This document shows, piece after piece, positions 53,663 to 64,000 of a stretch of 64,000 nucleotides of DNA. The notes beneath the pieces were generated by a model that did no database searches, was not told where the DNA came from, and worked only from the letters and a program-made list of their open reading frames with translations. The stretch's first letter is position 1, and each line of letters opens with the position of its first letter. The translations under genes were made by a program, and so were the position numbers. The DNA is taken from assembly GCA_964016885.1 (NCBI GenBank), contig OZ024761.1:30380001-30444000 (forward strand), in the 5' to 3' direction. This DNA comes from Eledone cirrhosa. Taxonomy: Eukaryota.

Positions 53663-54349
53663 ATATATATAAATATATATATATATATACACATACATAT
53701 ATATAAATATATATATATATACACATACATATATATAAATATATATATATATACACACATACATATATATAAATATATATATATACACATACATATATAT
53801 AAATATATATATACACACATACATATATATAAATATATATATACACATACATATATATAAATATATATATGTACATACACACACATATATATATATATAT
53901 TTATTATTATTACTATATGGTGGCTGCCAACTCGTTTTCGAGTACGGCCACTACTTTATATCCATGTAGGAGAACCCCTACCGATGCGCTGAACGAATGT
54001 GACTTTTTAGTCCAGCCAGCGACTTGAAAACTCTGGTACAAAGACTACACTTGTGACCATTATTGACACATAGTGCAGGGCCCATGGTACCATGTGATGA
54101 CAAGTGCAGAGAGATCTCCAGATATAAAGCAATGCCTGTGCTGTGAAGCTTTTATAGTGAGCAAAGGCACTGCACAAAGCCAGTCCCACTCTCTTAACCA
54201 AGATGATATTTACCAAAAAGAAGAACAAGTCAACATCATTGGATACCATCAGGGTTGCAGGTGTTATATCAGAGTTTTCCTTCTCCTAGAATATATATTA
54301 CTATATATATATATATATACATACACATATATATATATATATATACATA

Positions 54350-54903
54350 TCATCATCATCATTTAACATCCACTTTACACACCAGCATGGGTTAGACCGG
54401 TTGTCTCATTTAGAAGCAAGTTGGGTCAGGTGTCTTACCATCTTCTGCTCATACAGAACTGTTTCTGGCTAGATTTCTACAGCTAGATGCCCTTTCTGAC
54501 TCCAACCACATTTACAGTGTGTGCTGTGTGCATTTTGCCGTGACTCTTACACGCTCACTTTACAGTGTGGGCTGGGTGTTTTTTGTGGCGACACCTACAC
54601 GACCATTTTACAGTGTGGGCTGGCTGCTTATTTTTTTTGTCTCGACACCTACACAACCACTTTACAGTGTCGGCTGGGTGCTTTTTGTCGCAAAACCTAC
54701 ATGACCACTTTACAGTGTGGGCTGGGTGATTCTTGTTGCCACACCTACATGGCCACTTTACAGTGTGGGCTGGGTGCTTCTTGTTGCCACACCTACATGA
54801 CCACTTTACAGTGTGGGTTGGGTCCTCTTTTGATGTGACACCTACATGACCACTTTACAGTGTGGGTTGGGTCCTCTTTTGTTGTGACACCTACATGACC
54901 ACT
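54350..54903. mobile_element. SINE/RTE-tail repeat with an internal ~41-bp tandem expansion
   Basis: CATCAT...TTTCTACAGCT-GATGCCCTT core (also at 45605-45760, 49530-49740, 56115-56280, 56940-57210 and 57460-57770), followed by about nine CCTACATGACCACTTTACAGTGTGGGCTGGGT units. Confidence 0.7.
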
Positions 54904-55064
54904 ATATCATTAGTAATCTTAGTATATATGAACACAAGCGTGCAAATATCATCACACTTAATTTTTTCAATCCTTGTACATATGTCAACCAATCACATTA
55001 TTTGTTGTATTTTCATACATACAGCACACAAAGTCAGCATTTTAATACATTTTTAGGTACTAAC

Positions 55065-56115
55065 ATGGTTGCTATTTCAAGTGAAAAATGTGCAAATATC
55101 ATCCTTCTTCATGAGGAAGGCTATTCCCAGCACCAAATATCTGTAGGATTGGTATATCTAAGACTGGTGTTCAAAAACACTTGCTTGTAATACACCAACT
55201 TGCAGTGTCAAATTCAACTGCTTTGAGCTCATATATCCAAATTGAACTTTCTCGGGACACAAACATATCATCTTCTACCATCTGACGTCGCTGTGTTAAG
55301 TACCTTAACTTTCAGGCCTTCAAGCCAGCTGCCAAGCCTTAACTTTCAAATAAAAGTATCAAGGACCGTCTGTTGTTCGGCAACAATTATTGTTACTGGA
55401 CTGCTGCTCAGTGGGGTGAGGTAATGTTTAATGATGAAACATTACTTAGACAATTTTCCCCTTATAATCACCATGTAAGAAGACCACCTATAATTTTTAT
55501 TATGTCAAACCAATATTCACATTCATTGATGGTCTGGAGATCAATAAACATAAAGAAATGAGCTGCCTTGACCATATTTCCAGCGGGAAAGATGGTAAAT
55601 GCAAACATCTATTTAAAAATGATAAGAGCAAATGTGCCAATATGGATGGAGAGACATGGTTGCAAGATATATCAACAAGATGGTGCTCCTTGCCATAGGG
55701 AAATAACCGTTAACCAATTTCTTTTGAGAATCTAATATTGAAGTGCTGGCACCATGACCAGGTTCAAGTCAGACTTAAATCCAATTGTAAACTGTGGGAA
55801 ATTAATGAAAGACAAAGCTGCCAAGCTAAATCCCAGCTCAATTAGTGATTTACAACAAAAAATTCTTACTGCATGAAAACAACACATTACTACTGACTAT
55901 TATGGTAGAATCAATGCCTCGCAGAATTGCTGCAGTAATTGCTGCTAAAGGTCATAAAACAAAGTACTAATCTGGAATAGACAATTTGTAGCATAATGCT
56001 TTGTGTTGTATGTTTCTACTAATAAACTATTTTATCTAATAATTGTACCTTGTTCAATATTAACCTAACCTAATAAAAAAATTATCAGGGTGGTCTCTGA
56101 ATTATTCACAACACT
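55065..56115 (+). pseudogene. Decayed Tc1-like transposase and right end
   Basis: Fragmented frames read IILLHEEGYSQHQIS, WTAAQWGE..MFNDET, LMVW, QQDGAPCH, DLNPI and ESMPRRIAAVIAAKGHKTKY*. Confidence 0.85.
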
Positions 56116-56433
56116 ATCATCATCATCATTTTATGTCCGCTTTTCCTTGCTTGCAAGGGTGGGATGGGAACTGATTCTGGCTTGATTTCTACAGCTGGAT
56201 GCCCTTCCTAACACCAACCTCATTTACAGTGAGTGCTGGGTGGTTTTTTCCGTGGCGCCTACATGTCCATGTGGCTTGCTCAAGGAAACAACACATCACC
56301 CAGTCTGAGCATTGAACTCACAACCTTTCGGTTGCAAGGCCAATGCTCTAACCACTAAGCCATGTGCCATATATATATATATATATGTGTGTGTTTGTGA
56401 GTGTATATATATATACATTTATATTCATATACA

Positions 56434-56467
<34 letters not shown>

Positions 56468-56471
56468 AATT

Positions 56472-56511
<40 letters not shown>

Positions 56512-56549
56512 CATATTTATATATATATATATTTATATATACATATATA

Positions 56550-56595
<46 letters not shown>

Positions 56596-57206
56596 AGATG
56601 TTTACTCGAGAGAAGACTACGTTGGTATGGTTACGAGATGTGCATGAAAGACAACAGCTGTATAAAAAAGTGCAGGGCGATAAAAATAGACAGTAGCCAC
56701 GGAGTAGGCAGACCCAGAAAAACCTGGGACGACTTGCACTTACACCTCTCCAAGACAATGTCACTGGATCGAGATCTTTGGCGCTACACAGTAATACAGA
56801 AGACCCGCCTTGCCTAAGTACAAAGCGAAACCTACAGTCAGTAGGCACCTCTTAACAAAAATACATCCCCCCATCCCACTACCCCCACCCCATCCACATC
56901 ACCCCTTTCGATGTAAAGTTATGTTGGTACCACAACATCCAGTCCAAAATAAATGAGGTCGTGTAGGTGTTACGACAAAAAAAAAAAGCACACAGTCCAC
57001 GCTGTAATGTGGCTGTGTAGGTAACACAGTAAAAACCTCCCAGTCCACACTGTAAACGTGGTTGGTGTTAGGAAGGGCAGCCAGCCTTAGAAAACCCGCC
57101 AGACAGTCCTGTGCGAGCAAGAAAACCAATCTTGCCTCAAGTGGGAAAATTCCCGTCCAAACCCATGCAAGTGTGGAAGATGGACGTTAAACGATGATGA
57201 TGATGA

Positions 57207-57245
<39 letters not shown>

Positions 57246-57367
57246 AAGTAATTCCGTCGGAAAGGTCCAGGAAAAAAGAGTGCTCTATGTAGGTTACAGA
57301 GCTTATGTTGTTTATTACATAACTATATATATATATATACATATTTATATATATATATATACATACA

Positions 57368-57411
<44 letters not shown>

Positions 57412-58289
57412 CATACTATATACATACATAAATATATATACATATTCAAATATATATATATCATCATTACTGTTGTTTAATATCCATTTTTCCACGCTGG
57501 CATGGGGTAGACAAGTTGTCCTCTTGTGAGCAATGCGAGGTCAGATAACCATATTTTGCTCATTCAGAACTGATTCTGGCTTGGTTTCTACAGCTGGATG
57601 CCCTTCCTAAGGCCAACCTCATTTACATTGAGTACTGGGTACTTTTTGTTGTGACACCAACACAACCACTTTATAGTGTGGACTGGGCGCTTTTTGTCAT
57701 GACATCCCCACGACCACTCTACAGTGTGGGCTGGGTGCTTTTTGTCGTGTCGCCATCAGGACCACTTTACAGAGTTGCCCCCTGGAGGCTTCACTGGATG
57801 TATACTTCAGTCTGACCTCATGGGAGTGGGTGGGGTGGTGCATACTATATATATGCTTCAGCTTTGGCCTGTGTCCGTGGGAAGGCGGGTCTTCTATATC
57901 ACTGCATAACACCAGAGATCTTGGTCCTGTGTCGTCGCCTTTGAGAGGTGCTATTGGGCAAGATCAGCTTTTATCACCTCGTCTCAAGTCTCTCCCTGGG
58001 TCTCACCACTCCAAGGCTTCCATCATCTTTGAGTGCTCTTAATACTTATTATACTTAATACGCATAACATGTCCTTATGTATATATTGCACAGAATACCT
58101 GAGATTGATTTCTTCTTTAATTTATATCTTTTTAAAAAAGTTTCCTTTCTCCTTTCTCACATTTTTACTTTTCCTGGAGTTGGTGTAAGTAGGAGGAAGG
58201 AATAGTGTAAAATAGAGGGAGGGGGCGTGGACAGAGAGTCAAATAAATAGAGAGGTTCTCTAACACACACACACATATGTGTGTATATG

Positions 58290-58470
58290 TCAGGGCCTGC
58301 TCAGCTGCTTCCTCTTAGCATCGGTCGTCGCTGTCAAGACCTCAGGCTTCCTCGGACCCTGTACTGCCGATCTCCTCCACAAAATCGGAACGTCAGAAGA
58401 AGGAGCCGCGCAAGGTGGGGTGGCTGTTGCAGCAGGGGTCGTTGGCTTTTGTCTGTGGTGCGGAGCCCAA
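58290..58470 (+). pseudogene. CRE-like RLE C-terminal fragment
   Basis: VAVKTSGFLGP...LLHKIG, then frameshifted EPRKVGWLLQQGSLA. It is homologous to 2950-3075. Confidence 0.65.
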
Positions 58471-59054
58471 ACAGTGCCCCACCCTAAGCACAGAGCCCAT
58501 CACCCTTTCCAATCGCCCTCCTTTTCTTCTGTGGCCCAAGGGTCCTTAATTTTTTCCCTCCGTTTCTTCTCATTTATGGCATTAATAGTCCTTTCCTCCA
58601 CTTTCCCATACAGCCAGATTCGCCCTTCCTTACTTTTTACAGAAAGGTATACCTTTTACCCACTTAAAAATAAACTGTTAACTGTACTTTATATATATCA
58701 TATATTATCTGGCGTCAAAGTTTCGTCGCACTCTCTGCGACCTGGTCACTCACACAGTTCCACTTAAATAGCTAAAATTACTTTTCCACACAGCAATTCC
58801 TCCTTTTCTTTCAACCCACGGTGGTGTCAGATCAGGTCACTTGTCAGACAGTTCAACTCCGAAATATATAAATGTACTTGACAATTTAGACGGGTTTTCG
58901 TCATGAAACTGCTGGTAGTGCAGGGTTAAGCGGATTTGTTAATATAAATATTCAACTTCCTCGTGGTGTGTTAATTGTTCTTTTCTTTCGTTCCTACTGA
59001 CAACTGTACATTGTATGTGTATATATGTATGTGTCTTCCCCCCCTCTCTCTCTT

Positions 59055-59085
<31 letters not shown>

Positions 59086-59131
59086 ATAGAGAGAGAGAAG
59101 TATAGAGACACTCACACACTTAAATGTAATA

Positions 59132-59172
<41 letters not shown>

Positions 59173-59495
59173 GTGTGTGTGTAAGTATGCATCTACAGAG
59201 AGAGACCGTGAGGCAGAAAGAGAGACACTTAAATTTAATATCTGTCTCGCTATACACACACACACGACTATATACAATGAAAGTGTAATATATATACACA
59301 CACACACATGTAATCTATCCGTCTAAGTATTACATACATGTGAGTGTGCTGTTTTTACGTTTTACGACAGTCACCAACAGGAACCAGGCGGTCTTCTTCC
59401 TTCCCGAGGTGTTGTTTGCCTAGTTTTCGTTGAGTTCCTATTTTGTTGTTGACGCTGATGGCGTTGGTAGGCCGTCAGTTGTTGACACTTTTGAC

Positions 59496-59630
59496 ATGTC
59501 TACAGCCAAATCTACAACGACTATATCTAGAAACTACACCAGCAGTGATGTCGAAAAGGAGTACCCTTTACATTGGCTTGTCTGGACTAATAATTACCAG
59601 CAGTTAGAGAAGGAATTGAATAAAAATACG
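59496..59630 (+). CDS. ANKRD13: First coding exon of an ankyrin repeat domain-containing protein 13 (A/B/D type)
   Basis: MSTAK...EYPLHWLVWTNNYQQLEKELNKNT matches the recalled ANKRD13 N-terminal motif YPLHxLVWxNxxxxLEKEL. It is followed by a phase-0 donor G|GTAAGA at 59631. The remaining exons are not seen. Confidence 0.85.
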
Positions 59631-60031
59631 GTAAGAATAGGGAGGAAACTTTCATCTTTCATTCAGATTGAGTTCATTCAGCTTCGAGGGGTTTTCTCGG
59701 ACTGGGATATTTTTGTCGATAGATTTGGTTTTTATATATAATTTTTTTTCAGGACTTAACGCTGTCACATTTCAACTGATGTGTGTGTATATATATATGT
59801 GTGTCTGACTCTTTGTCTTTAGGTATATATTCATTATATATATTTGATGTTCATTATCATCATTCCTGATGATTTTATACGAATGAAACAGATCTAGTCC
59901 TGTAGACGTAATCTCTATATATTCTTTCTCTCTCTATATATATAATAAAGATGTCTATACTCTACCAATGTATTGAGTACCAATTTTAACTGTGGTTACC
60001 CTCCGACTGCACCCGGGAACCTACCTACCTA

Positions 60032-60077
<46 letters not shown>

Positions 60078-60382
60078 CGTCTTATCTAGAACTATATATA
60101 TATATATATATAGTTCTAGATAAGACGAACACATATAGACAGGTATATATAGGTGAGTGTTTTATATATATATTTATATATATTTATATATATATATATA
60201 TGCATAAAGAAATGTACATCTTACGAAACTGAGTAGCGACAAATTGATCAACACGAAAACTACTGATTCCTTCGATATCGAGTACTTTTTTACCTTTTAG
60301 TTGGAAAATACACACACACTATATATATATATATATAATCTGTGTGTGTCATGTATATATATATATATAATCTGTGTGTGTC

Positions 60383-60417
<35 letters not shown>

Positions 60418-60732
60418 CTGTGTGTATCATATATATATATATAATCTGTGTGTGTCAGATGTACATACGTAATATGTATTGTATATATGAAGTATATCGG
60501 GTATATAAATATCCTACATAAATGTTATATACCACATCACCGTCGCCAGTGACATATATATGTATATAAATATGTAATTGCATAGCTACATATAATTATT
60601 AGTAATAATCTATATTATAATTACATACAAAGTTGGACAAATGACTTATTAACGTACATTTAATTGTATGCATTCGTAACACTCACACACACATCTATGT
60701 ATGATGTCTATTTTCCACTGAAATGTATGTTT

Positions 60733-60763
<31 letters not shown>

Positions 60764-62049
60764 GTATATATATACACACACTGATCTATGTATTTGTCAT
60801 TTTATATGTGTGAATATATATATGTATGTAGTGTGTGCCTCTGTATATGCTATGTGCCTATATATATATATATATATATATATTCACACACATACACACC
60901 CGTTGAATGTGTGTATATGTATATTGTCTGCGCATATGTATATAGTGAGTGTGACACACACATAAGTAGTAACAAATGAAAAAAAAATACTCTATACCGA
61001 AAAACTGAGTTTTAATTTTATTTGGTCGACTGAAATCTACACCACCAATTACAACTACTATATATATATATATATATATATATGACCAAAGATTAGTATG
61101 GTTCGTTGATTACTCAATGAATACAATTTTACAATAGGTTAGAAGCACTCAACAACAAAGTTTTCCTGGAGTTTTTAATATTATTCAAAATGTTAACAAA
61201 TGAAAAATATTCTCATAATCAAAATATATACTTTATTATATATATTTCAAAGGTACTGTTTTGTTTTTTCAGTACCTCCTCATCAGACAAAATATATGGT
61301 TTGATATATGACATACCACTACGGTTTTGATTATACAATTCCAGTACTGGCAGTATATAGATATATACGCAATATATATAATATTGGCAATATATATATA
61401 TATATATAAACGCACATACTTTGAATATAATATAGTATGTATATAAGGAGTGACTGTCTCTTGTGACAATCAATTGAAAAGTTGCCGGACGATGTGATGT
61501 GTGTAATATACTTGTATGTATGTATGTATGTATGTATGTGTGTATGTGATATACGTGTATGTACGTGTGTGTGATATACATGTGTATTTGTACATAGATG
61601 CATATATGTGTACATAAATCTGTATATATGTGTGTGTACGTGTGTGTATGTATATATGTGTACATACACGAATGTGTATATGTACATGTGTGTGTATATG
61701 TAAAAAGGGAGTGCATATAGTGGAAGGAATGGCAGTGGAAAATGAAACATTGAGAAATTCTTGTAATTTTTTCTTCTTTATTATTTATATTTGGCTTTTT
61801 ACAACACATTCCTTTAAGTATGAATTTATACACCCCATACACACATATACACACGCATATAACACATACATACATACATACATATCACACACACATTCAT
61901 ACAGGTACATCACACATAAATACATACATGTACAAATATATATATATATACATACACATGCATGGATGTATATGTGTACATGCATGTATGTACTCATACA
62001 TGTACATATACATCCATGCGTATATACACATATATGCATACATAGACAT

Positions 62050-62275
62050 ACAGGGTGTGGTTTGGGTTAAGAAACTTGTCTTAAAACCCGGTTGTTCCGG
62101 GATCAACGTCACTGCGCGGCACCTTTGTTTTCTATTATCGACCAGTTCCTTGTGGGTGCAGTGTGTTGGGCGGTGACTGTGTAGAATCCTCTTGTATGTA
62201 TGACTAATAACCCTTAAAGGGTCAATTGGAAATGTGTAACTTCCGGTATTAGAAACCGTAAATATCCTTAGCTCG
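62050..62275 (+). mobile_element. tRNA-derived SINE (family 3)
   Basis: Head TGTGGTTTGGGTTAAGAAACTTG...GTTCCGGGATCAACGTCACTGCGCGGCACCTT, related to the head at 3765. Confidence 0.6.
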
Positions 62276-62299
62276 ATCACCCCGTCTCTCTCTCTCTCT

Positions 62300-64000
<1,701 letters not shown>

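Noticed and set aside
59430-59741. Full 103-aa ORF as a single-exon gene
   Set aside because: It starts at TTG, and similarity to ANKRD13 stops at a strong GTAAGA donor at 59631.

Overview
This is eukaryotic genomic DNA very rich in (TA)n, (CA)n, (GA)n and trinucleotide microsatellites. The repeat landscape suggests an octopus or other coleoid cephalopod (inference). Almost all ORF-track entries are microsatellite artefacts. The only host coding sequence I recognise is the first coding exon of an ANKRD13-family gene (59496-59630, +). Mobile elements are a Penelope-like element (PLE) with an open RT plus GIY-YIG ORF and a 239-bp inverted terminal repeat, a second decayed PLE, a CR1-group LINE with an open EN-RT ORF2, RTE and CRE-like fragments, Tc1/mariner remnants and many tRNA-derived SINEs. 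The main unexplained signal is a set of type I hammerhead ribozymes (HHRs), about ten unrelated sequence families folded by eye. They sit in short non-coding inserts embedded in (TA)n tracts. Many share one layout: inverted arm, sense arm with HHR (often followed by AATAAA), then a short tail carrying an ACTC...GAGTRC hairpin. The clearest case is a 467-bp tandem repeat with one canonical HHR per monomer and a 5' inverted block (33591-35531). It is a candidate retrozyme (circular-RNA retroelement) mobilised by PLE machinery. All folds and family assignments are by eye; no search or folding program was run.
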